Shown here in pieces: positions 40,928-50,039 of a stretch of 64,000 bases of DNA. Every line of letters starts with the position of its first letter. Position 1 is the stretch's first letter. This DNA comes from an uncultured Rhodobacterales bacterium (GTDB lineage Bacteria; Pseudomonadota; Alphaproteobacteria; Rhodospirillales; Rhodospirillaceae). A program made the position numbers and the translations under genes. Location: the NCBI GenBank assembly GCA_964576515.1, contig CAZNUW010000008.1, positions 36,307-100,306 of the forward strand, given 5' to 3'. The notes under the pieces are model-generated. The model did not search any database. It saw only the letters and a program-made list of their open reading frames with translations, and had not been told where the DNA came from.

Positions 40928-43237
40928 CTAGAACGCCGCGACGGCCGTAAGCAGGAAATTCCGGCCCGGCCCCAACAATACGCGTTGCGCCGGCCAGTTG
41001 GTCGAGACGGCGTAGAACTCATTGGTAATATTGTCGACGTTGACCCGCAGGCGGAGCGCCGGCGTGACTTCATATTCCGCCATCACATTCGCCACGATGT
41101 AGCTCGGCAGTTCGCCGACGAGGCCGTTTGGAATGATGCGTTCGGCATCATCCGGACGCCCCACCCACGAGGCGCCGGTGTACTGGATGCCGCCGCCCAA
41201 CGTGAGCCCCATGGGCAAACGATAGCTGGTCCAGATATTGGCGTTGGTATCGGGCGAGAACGCCAGTTCATTGCCGTTCGTTTGCCGCACCAGGCCGTAG
41301 TCGCCCGGGTTGGCGAGGCGACGGCCCTCGTCCAGCAGATCGCTATGTTTGCGCTTGCTGTCCATGATCAACAGGCCGCCGAAGACCGTCCAAGCCGGTG
41401 TGATCTGACCAGCCAGGCCGAATTCAGCCCCTTGCACGATCTGCTTCCCATAGCCCAGGAGGGCAACCGGCGGCACCGGCGTGATGTTCGGCGCGATGCC
41501 GGTCATGGCGACGTTGCGGCGTTCGGTGCGGAACAGCGCCGCGGTGGCGTTCAACAGATTGTCGGCGAACGACCACTTGGTGCCGAGTTCGTAGTTGAGC
41601 GAGTACTGCACTTTCGAGGTCGCGCTGTTCATCCCCGCGCTGAAACCCGGGAACGCGTTATCGCCTTCGCGCGATACGTCGGTGTTCGACAGGAACGAAC
41701 CCGGCGGCAGCGACGACACGCCGATGGCGGCGTAGAAGCTTCCGGTTTCCGCCGGTTTATAGACAGCGCCGATTTTCCCGCCGACGGTCGTGCGCGAGAG
41801 ATCATAGGTATCGGGGCCCTGCGGGGCGCCGGCCACCGTGCTGGAGTCGATTTCAACGCTGTAGCGTTCGACCCGCAAACCACCGGTGACCTGCCACTGC
41901 GGAGAGAACTCCATCGTGTCGTAAGCGTAGACCGCGATCGTATTGACGCGCACTTCGCTGACCTGAGTCGCTGTGAAGGACGGCAAACCCGCGCGGTTCG
42001 CATTGGGGTTGAACACGCTGATCGGCGCGTTCGTACCCGGATTGGTCTGCGCGGGGAAACGTTCGGCGGACGATTCTTCGCGCTGGAACTCGATCCCGGC
42101 CGAGAACGTATGGCCGACGCTACCGGCCTCGAACGTACCGGTCAGGTTGGTCAGGTTAGAGATGGAGGTATTTTCGCGCGCCGACGCCTGGCGTTGGGTC
42201 GCCACAGTTTGTGTGGCGGCGGCGTAGCTGTTGATCAGCGTATAGACGGTTTCACGGTCCGTCTTCGACCAACGCGTTTGGTTGCTGATCGTGAAACCAT
42301 TCGCGAAGTCGTGCTCGACGCGTCCCAGGACGGCATCGGCGAAAACCAGGTCGTAATCGGTGGACAGGCCGTAGAATTCGTCGCGCAAATCCTTGCCGTT
42401 TAAATTCTGATCATAGCGGAACATCCCTTCCATGAAAGCGCCCGGCACACCCCAATCCGGCAAGTCGTCCTGCTCGGTATGCTGGTAGGAAAGAATGAAG
42501 CGGGTCGGCTGGTTCAAGCCTAATGCAACGGAAGGCGCGATGCCCCAACCATCGCGGCGCGCCACGGAACGCCCGGCCACACCCCCGTCCTGCCACATGG
42601 CGTTCAAGCGCACCGCTGCGCTCTCGGACAAGGGTTGGTTGACGTCCACCGACGTACGGATACGGTTCTTTGAATCGTACTCGTCAAAACCGAAGCTCGC
42701 GAGCGCCGAAGCCGATGCCGTGAGGTTCGGCGTTTTCGTGATGAGATTGACGTAACCGCCCGCGCTGCCACGGCCATTGTCGGCGGCAGGTCCCTTGGCG
42801 ACTTCCACTTGCTCTAGATTGAAAACGTCGCGGCTGTAACTTCCGGAATCGCGCACGCCGTCAATGAAGATGCTGCCGGCGCTATCGAAACCGCGCATGG
42901 AGAAATTCGACAGACCGCTCGTGAATCCATTCTCGCCGGCGTTGAAGGTGATGCCCGGCGTGTTGCGCAGCACGTCGGTCAGGTTCTGTGCGCCTTGCTG
43001 CAAGAACACATCCTGCGGAATGACGGCGATCGTCTGCGGCGTATCGATGATCGGCGCGGTCTGCTTGGTGGACAACGGCTCGAGATTGAGTGGCGCGTCT
43101 TCCTCGATCCCGACCGGCGGGACGGCGAGCGGTTGATCCGCGGCGCTTGCAAATGCCGGCGCGAGGCCGATACCGAGGGCCGTCGCGGCGAGCAAACGGG
43201 CGCGAAAGGACGCCGACGACGTGAATGGAAGAGCCAT
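40928..43237 (-). CDS. TonB-dependent siderophore receptor
   Basis: Signal peptide, plug motifs (TPQTIAVIPQDVF, LTDVLRNTPGITF, SMRGFDS.GSIFIDGVRD) and a beta-barrel ending ...LLTAVAAF. Confidence 0.9.
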   Translation of the reverse strand: MALPFTSSASFRARLLAATALGIGLAPAFASAADQPLAVPPVGIEEDAPLNLEPLSTKQTAPIIDTPQTIAVIPQDVFLQQGAQNLTDVLRNTPGITFNAGENGFTSGLSNFSMRGFDSAGSIFIDGVRDSGSYSRDVFNLEQVEVAKGPAADNGRGSAGGYVNLITKTPNLTASASALASFGFDEYDSKNRIRTSVDVNQPLSESAAVRLNAMWQDGGVAGRSVARRDGWGIAPSVALGLNQPTRFILSYQHTEQDDLPDWGVPGAFMEGMFRYDQNLNGKDLRDEFYGLSTDYDLVFADAVLGRVEHDFANGFTISNQTRWSKTDRETVYTLINSYAAATQTVATQRQASARENTSISNLTNLTGTFEAGSVGHTFSAGIEFQREESSAERFPAQTNPGTNAPISVFNPNANRAGLPSFTATQVSEVRVNTIAVYAYDTMEFSPQWQVTGGLRVERYSVEIDSSTVAGAPQGPDTYDLSRTTVGGKIGAVYKPAETGSFYAAIGVSSLPPGSFLSNTDVSREGDNAFPGFSAGMNSATSKVQYSLNYELGTKWSFADNLLNATAALFRTERRNVAMTGIAPNITPVPPVALLGYGKQIVQGAEFGLAGQITPAWTVFGGLLIMDSKRKHSDLLDEGRRLANPGDYGLVRQTNGNELAFSPDTNANIWTSYRLPMGLTLGGGIQYTGASWVGRPDDAERIIPNGLVGELPSYIVANVMAEYEVTPALRLRVNVDNITNEFYAVSTNWPAQRVLLGPGRNFLLTAVAAF

Positions 43238-43263
43238 TGGAATGAATCCTATAAGTAAGTGAG

Positions 43264-43278
43264 TGATAGTAATTCTCA
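43264..43278. promoter_or_regulatory. Fur-box-like operator TGATAGT-A-ATTCTCA inside the larger palindrome 43253-43285
   Basis: 12 of 14 match to the 7-1-7 TGATAAT-N-ATTATCA. It also fits TGA-N9-TCA. The flanking arms AAGTAAGTGAG / CTCACTTACTT are perfect. It lies 27-41 nt upstream of the receptor ATG. Confidence 0.55.
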
Positions 43279-43431
43279 CTTACTTTGAGATTCATACTTA
43301 AGAACAGCGAATTAGGGTAACAGGCGTGCAACTTCGCCGGAGCGTTGCCCCGGTGCACACTTTGCCCCAATTGTTACACGTCACTCGCCCGAATGTAACA
43401 CGACCGCCGGTTTCGCCAGAGATTGCTCGCT

Positions 43432-44037
43432 TTAAGCGTTCGGGCGTTGGTCGCCTCGCGCGGCGGATTGCTGCGGCGCAACAGTCGCAACGACCCCGGC
43501 CTCGGTACTTTCGGGCACCCTCGCCTTCGCCGCATGCGCGGCTTCTTCCATCGCGGCCAGTGAGCGCGCAAGTTCGTAAATGCGCCGACGGACATGTTCA
43601 TCGCCGATTTCGTAATAGGCGCGGACCAGTTCAAGGGTCTCGCGGCGGACCATGGGGTCGTCCTCGTGCGGCATCTCGATGTCGCCGGCGCCGGCTTGGT
43701 TGCGGGGACTCGCCCCGGCCGTATTGTCATCCATCTCGTCAAAGAAATAGGAAACCGGGCAATCGAGGACGCGGCTCATGTCCCACAGACGGCTGGCGCC
43801 GATCCGGTTCGCCCCGCGCTCATACTTCTGGACCTGCTGAAATGTGAGCCCCATCGCCTCCCCCACCTTTTCCTGGGACAGACCGAGAAGCGTCCGGCGC
43901 ACGCGCAAACGGTTTCCGACGTGAGCGTCGACCGGATTCGGCTTCCCGACCGTGCGTTGCCGTTTGATTTTCGCCTCGGCCGAAGTCGAGCCAGAATGTT
44001 GCAAGTCCATCGCGCGCGCACCTCTATTACTAGACAT
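43432..44037 (-). CDS. XRE-family HTH transcriptional regulator
   Basis: VG.RLR.RR..LG.SQE.VGEAMG.TFQQVQKYE.G.NRI.ASRL. Start is uncertain (44037, 44010 or further upstream). Confidence 0.75.
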   Translation of the reverse strand: MSSNRGARAMDLQHSGSTSAEAKIKRQRTVGKPNPVDAHVGNRLRVRRTLLGLSQEKVGEAMGLTFQQVQKYERGANRIGASRLWDMSRVLDCPVSYFFDEMDDNTAGASPRNQAGAGDIEMPHEDDPMVRRETLELVRAYYEIGDEHVRRRIYELARSLAAMEEAAHAAKARVPESTEAGVVATVAPQQSAARGDQRPNA

Positions 44038-44252
44038 CCCGGCTCCCATAACGCCACCAACGCGAATAAGTTCTGCCCTTGCGTGAAAAAGGTCGGACAA
44101 GACCGCCGAAAAGTTTGTATCCGGCGGCGGAAAAAGGGCGGAAAGAGGGGTAAAAGGTGTCTCAACCAGACGGTTGAAAATTCCCACAACTCACTGAAAA
44201 AACACCATAAATGGAACCAAAACTTGCAGTGCAGCGTTGACGTGGCGCCACA

Positions 44253-44987
44253 ATGGTCAGGTTCCAGATGTCAGCGTCGCCTTCACATTTTTCGATCCTT
44301 CCGGAGACGGCCGCCCATAAGTTCCTCGTGGACATGCGGCTTGCCGCCGACAGGCTGTTCCGGGGCTGGAATCGGGCGCTGGAGAGCGGTTTCGCGAAAA
44401 CCTCGTTGTCTCCCGCTGAGCGCCGGGCGCTCCTGAACCCACATCCGTTGGACGATTACTTTTACGCGGGCTTGGTCGGCCTTCAGGCCGTCGCGGTGCG
44501 AGACAGTTTTTCACCTTCCGTCGCCGAGGCCCTTTTGCGTCAGGTCGCACTTCAGGTCGACGGCGCGGTCGGACGCAGCGATCGGATCGTCTCGAACATG
44601 GTTTTCATCATTTTCGGCCGCATCCGCAAGAACCGTGAGGTCGGCCTTAAAGCGCCCGCTCATGAGGTGGTGACCGACGTGATTCTAGAGCGCCTCGCGA
44701 TCGACCGCATGAGCGCAACACGCCACTTGATGTGCGATGCGCAGTACCGGCGATCATTGGCGGCCCCAGTCACGGACCGAGTGATCTGGTGGGATGCTTT
44801 TCGCGATTTGTACGTCGTGAAGGTCAGCGCGCCGCCGTTGCCGCGTCGCGCGCGGTTCGCGCAAACGATCATAGCGCGCGACCCTGGGCTGGCGCCGCGC
44901 GAAACCCAAGCGCCGTCCGCGCCGGACTTGCCCGCGCTGGCGCTCCAATTGGGAAAATGGCTCACGCCCCGGCCGCACACCCATTAA
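44253..44987 (+). CDS. hypothetical protein
   Basis: 244-aa GC3-biased ORF divergent from the XRE gene. No recognisable motif. Confidence 0.45.
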   Translation: MVRFQMSASPSHFSILPETAAHKFLVDMRLAADRLFRGWNRALESGFAKTSLSPAERRALLNPHPLDDYFYAGLVGLQAVAVRDSFSPSVAEALLRQVALQVDGAVGRSDRIVSNMVFIIFGRIRKNREVGLKAPAHEVVTDVILERLAIDRMSATRHLMCDAQYRRSLAAPVTDRVIWWDAFRDLYVVKVSAPPLPRRARFAQTIIARDPGLAPRETQAPSAPDLPALALQLGKWLTPRPHTH

Positions 44988-45094
44988 AGCGCCCTCCGAA
45001 CCGGCCCGTCTGTCTTGACGCAGTGTTGATTCACTCGGCGAAATTTCTACTATGGCGAGCCCCCTAGATCGGCGCTCTGCCCCCGAGGTCCGAC

Positions 45095-45526
45095 GTGAAA
45101 ACACTGTGGTTCAAACCCTATAAGCCCGACGACTTCCTTTCGATGGCTAAAGGAACGCTCCTTGAACACTTGGGTATTACGCTCGTGGAAATTGGGCCGG
45201 ATTACATCCGCGGCACGATGCCGGTGGACCACCGCACGCACCAGCCTCAGGGCCTCCTTCATGGCGGCGCATCCGTGGCGCTGGCGGAGACCCTGGGCAG
45301 TATCGCCGCAACCATGATTGTCGATCCAGCCACACACATCTGCGTCGGCCAAGAGATCAACGCGAACCACTTGCGCGGCGTTACACGCGGCGGCGTGACC
45401 GGAACGGCACGCGCATACTACATCGGGCGCAGCAGCCATGTGTGGGGGATCGAGATTCACAACGACGAAGGACAACTCGTCTGCGTCTCGCGCATCACAA
45501 TGGCGGTGCGGCCATTGAAGGTTTAG
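45095..45526 (+). CDS. PaaI/YdiI-type hotdog-fold thioesterase
   Basis: GTG start. ..P.G.LHGGAS..LAET.GS.AA and G.....W..EI.N..G.L....R.T motifs. Confidence 0.8.
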   Translation: MKTLWFKPYKPDDFLSMAKGTLLEHLGITLVEIGPDYIRGTMPVDHRTHQPQGLLHGGASVALAETLGSIAATMIVDPATHICVGQEINANHLRGVTRGGVTGTARAYYIGRSSHVWGIEIHNDEGQLVCVSRITMAVRPLKV

Positions 45527-46117
45527 CTAGTCCCTGCGCTGTACGCTGACAGCGATATTCAAGAGCGCGGAACTGAGTTCCAAGCCGCTTGCTCCGGCGG
45601 CGCGGTCGTTGATCGCAAATCTGACGCGGTTATCCAGCACGACGAAATGAATCATGCCGGCAGCGCTGCCCCGCGCCTCGTCGGTCACGGTCAGCGTCGG
45701 ACGCTCGCTCATGACCCGCAACGCATCGGCGATCGATTGCTTCGCGGACCCTGCAAGATAAGCCAAGTGGCAGGGATCCGCCGCGGCAACGCTTGCAAGT
45801 GGATGAACGATCACCCGCCGACCGGCGACCGTTTCATTTTTAACAGACGCGGCGACGACGCCGGCGAAGTTGGTGTCGCCCACGATGCAAATATTCAAGA
45901 CGCTGTCCGGCGCCGTGAAAGCCCCGTCCGGCCATTGCACGAATTCCCCGAACTTCACGAGAAATGCGGCTTTGATCGGATACTCCAACGTCTGTGCCTG
46001 CGCCGCGGCGCGCCCGCCGAACCAGCAGGCCCCGAATATGGCGAAAGCCGCTACCCCCGCGGCCAGCCATCGTCGTCGCCTATGACTATGAAGGCTCAAG
46101 GACATCAATACGCCCAC
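45527..46117 (-). CDS. YfiR (DUF4154) family periplasmic protein
   Basis: Signal peptide, then YPIKAAFLVKF..FV.WP motif and C-terminal F....R..F.IN..AA...GL..SS.LL. The alternative start at 46105 forms a TGATG overlap with the receptor stop. Confidence 0.7.
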   Translation of the reverse strand: MGVLMSLSLHSHRRRRWLAAGVAAFAIFGACWFGGRAAAQAQTLEYPIKAAFLVKFGEFVQWPDGAFTAPDSVLNICIVGDTNFAGVVAASVKNETVAGRRVIVHPLASVAAADPCHLAYLAGSAKQSIADALRVMSERPTLTVTDEARGSAAGMIHFVVLDNRVRFAINDRAAGASGLELSSALLNIAVSVQRRD

Positions 46118-48012
46118 CGCGCCGTGGCAAACACGGAGCGTCGCACCTCACGCCGCGTGGCGAGATCGCCGACTTCCGCGTGACTTTCATGCAAGAGATT
46201 CTCGCCGGACACGGCGAGTTCGAGATTTGGCAACGCGCGCCAAGCGACGCGAAGGTCGAGTTCGGCATAGGCCGGAACGGCGGGATCGGGTAGATCGTCC
46301 ACCGCGCGCACGGCGACGCTAAGATCGACGTCGGACGTGACAAAGACGGTGGAGCGGAGCGACCCTTGGAATGCGGGATCATTCCCGATGTGTTGATTCG
46401 GTATGAGGTCCACCTGCCCGGCAGCGACCCGTGTTTTTTTACCCATGGCATTCACACCGGCATCGAGCCGCCACCAATCACTCATTTGATACGTCGCCCA
46501 GGCTTCCACGCCGTAAGTACGACCGCTCCGGCCATTCTGAAGGCTGAGCGGCGGAACGCCGCCGGCTGACGTCCCCGTCGTGCGGATATCGTTATAGACG
46601 TTGAAGTACGTCGAAACGGAAAGGGTCAATGCGGGCGAGAGTTGGCCTCTGTATCCCATCTCGTAGGCCAGCATCTCCTCCGAATGGAAATCGTTCGCGG
46701 GAGTAAGGATCGGCAGAGCTTCTAGTTCACGATCGATGCGATTAGGGGTACGGACCGCACGCGAAATCGCCGCCCACAAGAAGGTATGGTCGACCGGTTG
46801 CCACGCAAGGCGGCCGCTGGGCATGACCTCCCAACCCGTGAATTGATTGTGTTCGAGTTTTACGCCCGCGATAAACCGCAACTCAGGGGTCAATGTGTAA
46901 GTGTCTTGCGCATACAGATTGACGTGTTCGAGAGTCCGTTCCGACGTCGCGAAAACAAACGGCGGCGCGTTGACGAAGTTCTCCGTATTGCGCCGATAAC
47001 CCGCGCCCCACACCACGTCGTGCGATACGCCGAGACGGAAATTATGCTGAAGCTCGGCATCGTAAGAATCGACACGGTCGAACGTGAATGGCGCGATCCG
47101 CGTCGTTCGGTCGAAGTATCCCTTCACTTTAAGCCGAGACTCATCGAACTGATGGGTCCAACTGACGAGCGCGTTTCCACCCCTCAACTTCGCGAACGCG
47201 TCGTCTGAGGTCGCATTGTACATATCGCCTTGGAGGGTCAACTCGTTGCCGCCCGCGGACCAGTCGGCACGAAACCCTCCTTGCATCTTCGTGAATGAGT
47301 CCCCCGCCGTCGCACCGGCCGCGGTTCGCGAGTGGCCGGACCGCGACGCCTTGATGTAAGTCCGGTAGGTCAGAGCATCGCCGAGGCGTCCTCCGTATCG
47401 TGCGCCGCCGCTCTGATCGACGTCGCCGCCGCCAATTTTCACCAAGGCGCCCTGGGTGTCCGCCGATGATTTCGTGATGATATTGATGACGCCGTTGACG
47501 GCATTCGCACCCCATAACGTCCCGCCGGGACCGCTGATGACTTCAATGCGCGCGATGTCGTCGAGCAGCGTATCCTGATTCTCCCAGAACACGCCCGAAT
47601 GCAGCGGCGAGTAGAGGCTTCGGCCGTCCATGAGCGCGAGCAGCTTGTTGGATGCTTCCGGTGTATTGAACCCCCGCGCGGAGATTGCATAAGAAAGCGC
47701 GTCCACGCGGCCAACCAGAAGATTTGGCGCGATACGCAGGGCCTCCGGAATTGTGCGTGCGCCGGAGCGGCGGATTTCGTCAGGCGTGATCACATAAATC
47801 GAGGAAGGCGCCGAGAGAAGCGGTTCGGCGCGCCGAGAAACCGACGATATTTCCATGTTCGCAAGTTCCTCGATGGATAGGCGCATCAGATCGGGGAGTT
47901 CCGCCCCCGCGTTCGCCTCCATGGCCACGGCGCCGGCGCTCGCCACGAAGGCGGTCCCCAGGACCATCGCCGGCATAAACATTCCCATTCCATTGAAGCC
48001 GAATGGTTTCAT
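46105..48012 (-). CDS. TonB-dependent receptor
   Basis: LSIEELANMEISSVSRR..., IPEALR.APNL.V, GP.G.LWGANAVNGVINIITK, and a barrel ending ...ATARWAY. Confidence 0.85.
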   Translation of the reverse strand: MKPFGFNGMGMFMPAMVLGTAFVASAGAVAMEANAGAELPDLMRLSIEELANMEISSVSRRAEPLLSAPSSIYVITPDEIRRSGARTIPEALRIAPNLLVGRVDALSYAISARGFNTPEASNKLLALMDGRSLYSPLHSGVFWENQDTLLDDIARIEVISGPGGTLWGANAVNGVINIITKSSADTQGALVKIGGGDVDQSGGARYGGRLGDALTYRTYIKASRSGHSRTAAGATAGDSFTKMQGGFRADWSAGGNELTLQGDMYNATSDDAFAKLRGGNALVSWTHQFDESRLKVKGYFDRTTRIAPFTFDRVDSYDAELQHNFRLGVSHDVVWGAGYRRNTENFVNAPPFVFATSERTLEHVNLYAQDTYTLTPELRFIAGVKLEHNQFTGWEVMPSGRLAWQPVDHTFLWAAISRAVRTPNRIDRELEALPILTPANDFHSEEMLAYEMGYRGQLSPALTLSVSTYFNVYNDIRTTGTSAGGVPPLSLQNGRSGRTYGVEAWATYQMSDWWRLDAGVNAMGKKTRVAAGQVDLIPNQHIGNDPAFQGSLRSTVFVTSDVDLSVAVRAVDDLPDPAVPAYAELDLRVAWRALPNLELAVSGENLLHESHAEVGDLATRREVRRSVFATARWAY

Positions 48013-48163
48013 CCCGATCCCTCGGTGCTGTGCTAAATTCCCGCGGCATGCTAGATGATGCGCGCGGGCGCCGCCACATCACGCACCGCCGAACGGCGTC
48101 AAAAGGAATAGCGCGCCGGCAAGGCGGGGCTCCAACTTGGGTCGGAAAGGTGAGCTTTTCAGC

Positions 48164-49918
48164 ATGCGAGCCTTAGGCACGTCTTCGAGCCGCGCCATGC
48201 TGGGCCCCCTTTCGGTCATCTTAAGCGCAACGGTTGTAATTGGTGCTGGCCTTCTCGCAGCGATTTACGACACGCAGGTCTATCAATCCCAAAAAATCCA
48301 GGAAGTCCGGGTTCAATCCCAGATCCTGGCGAACGGCGTCGCCGCCGCCCTCGCCTTCGAGGACCGGGACACGGCCATGCAATATGTGTCGGCTCTCCAG
48401 GCCAATCCTGAAATCTCGGCGGCGGCGGTCTATAGTCTCGACGGCTCGATTTTCGCGAGCTATGCCCGCGACGATCTTCCCCTCCCCATACCGCCCTATA
48501 CGGGCCCGGCCGGGTTCGTCGACGGCGTTCTGGTGACGTCGCTGCCCGTCGTCCAGAATAACCGGCTCCTGGGGCGTGTTTACCTCAGGCTCCCAGGAGA
48601 ACCATTGAGCCGCCGCGTCCTGCGGTATGGCGGCATCATCCTCCTGCTCGCGATGGGGAGTCTCGTCTTCGCCGTATTGGTGACGGCGCGCCGCGAACTC
48701 GCCGCGAAGAACGATGAACTTCAGGCCCGGAACGCCAGCCTCCTGGAACAGATTGATGCGCGCGAGAAGGCTGAAGACGCGCTGCGGCAAAGTCAGAAAA
48801 TGGAAGCTGTCGGACAACTGACCGGCGGCATCGCCCATGATTTCAACAACATGCTTGCCGTCATCATCGGGGCTTTGGAGCTTCTCAAGCGGCGCGCCAA
48901 GCGCGGCGAGACGAATATCGATGAATTGGCGGACGCCGCGCTCGACGGCGCACAACGCGCGGCGTCGTTGACGCAACGCCTGCTCGCGTTCTCTCGCCAA
49001 CAAGCCCTACGCCCGGAACCGGTGGACGTTAATAAGCTTGTCGCCGGCGTATCGGAACTGCTGCGCAGAACCATCGGCGAAAACATCCGCATTGAAACCG
49101 TACTGGGGGCCGGAATGTGGCGCACCAGCGTCGACCCTCATCAACTTGAGAACGCCTTGCTCAATCTCGGCGCCAACAGCCGTGACGCGATGCCGGACGG
49201 CGGACGCCTGACCGTGGAAACGGCGAACAGCCACCTCGATAACGGCTACGCCCAGAGCGCCGGCGTTTCACCAGGCCAATACGTTATGCTCGCGGTGACG
49301 GATACCGGCTCGGGTATGGAACCCGATGTCGTCGCCAAGGCGTTTGATCCCTTCTTCACAACCAAGGGCGTCGGCAAAGGGACAGGTCTTGGTTTGAGCC
49401 AGGTCTATGGATTCGTGCGCCAGTCCGGCGGACACGTAAAAATCTACAGCGAGGTCGGTCAGGGCACGAGCATCAAGATTTACCTGCCGCGTTTCATGGG
49501 TGAACTGGCGACGCCCGCCACCGCCGCGTCGGAGGCGATTGTTCCCGAGACCGACGGAACGTGCGTCCTCGTGGTCGAAGACGAGGAGGCCGTCCGCAAT
49601 TTCGCGGTCGCGGCTCTTAAGGAAATCGGCTACCGCGTCATTTCGGCGCCAGATGCCGCCCTTGGCCTGGCTCAGCTGAAGCAAAACCCGGATGTCGCCG
49701 TGCTTTTCACCGATATCGTCATGCCGGGCTTGAACGGGCGTCAACTTGCGGACGAGGCGCTTCGTCTTCGCCCGACCCTTAAAGTGCTGTTCACGACCGG
49801 ATACACAAAGAACGCCGTTGTGCACAACGGCGTCCTCGATGCCGGCGTTCATCTTCTGAGCAAGCCATTTACCATCGAACAGTTGAGCACAGCGATGCGT
49901 ACCGTCCGCGACTCGTGA
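48164..49918 (+). CDS. hybrid sensor histidine kinase/response regulator with a periplasmic sensor domain (CHASE8-like by pattern)
   Basis: TM1, a periplasmic segment (A.GVAAALAFEDRDTA..YVSAL.ANPEI.AAAVYSLDG..FASY), TM2, H-box GGIAHDFNNML, N/G boxes, and a receiver (VLVVEDE..., LFTDIVMPG). The ORF track starts at TTG 48137. Confidence 0.85.
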   Translation: MRALGTSSSRAMLGPLSVILSATVVIGAGLLAAIYDTQVYQSQKIQEVRVQSQILANGVAAALAFEDRDTAMQYVSALQANPEISAAAVYSLDGSIFASYARDDLPLPIPPYTGPAGFVDGVLVTSLPVVQNNRLLGRVYLRLPGEPLSRRVLRYGGIILLLAMGSLVFAVLVTARRELAAKNDELQARNASLLEQIDAREKAEDALRQSQKMEAVGQLTGGIAHDFNNMLAVIIGALELLKRRAKRGETNIDELADAALDGAQRAASLTQRLLAFSRQQALRPEPVDVNKLVAGVSELLRRTIGENIRIETVLGAGMWRTSVDPHQLENALLNLGANSRDAMPDGGRLTVETANSHLDNGYAQSAGVSPGQYVMLAVTDTGSGMEPDVVAKAFDPFFTTKGVGKGTGLGLSQVYGFVRQSGGHVKIYSEVGQGTSIKIYLPRFMGELATPATAASEAIVPETDGTCVLVVEDEEAVRNFAVAALKEIGYRVISAPDAALGLAQLKQNPDVAVLFTDIVMPGLNGRQLADEALRLRPTLKVLFTTGYTKNAVVHNGVLDAGVHLLSKPFTIEQLSTAMRTVRDS

Positions 49919-50039
49919 AACTCGCCACATTCACGGTGTATTTCGGCGCGAGCGCGTCACGAGAATGAAATTCAGCCACAACTCGCCACTAAAATACCTT
50001 TTTGTTGGGCGATGCAATTAGCCGGGGTTCGCGCGTTGT

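Noticed and set aside
40062-42403. Plus-strand ORFs of 289 and 472 aa opposite fbpC and the TonB-dependent receptor
   Set aside because: These are high-GC antisense artefacts. The minus frames carry Walker/ABC and plug/barrel signatures.
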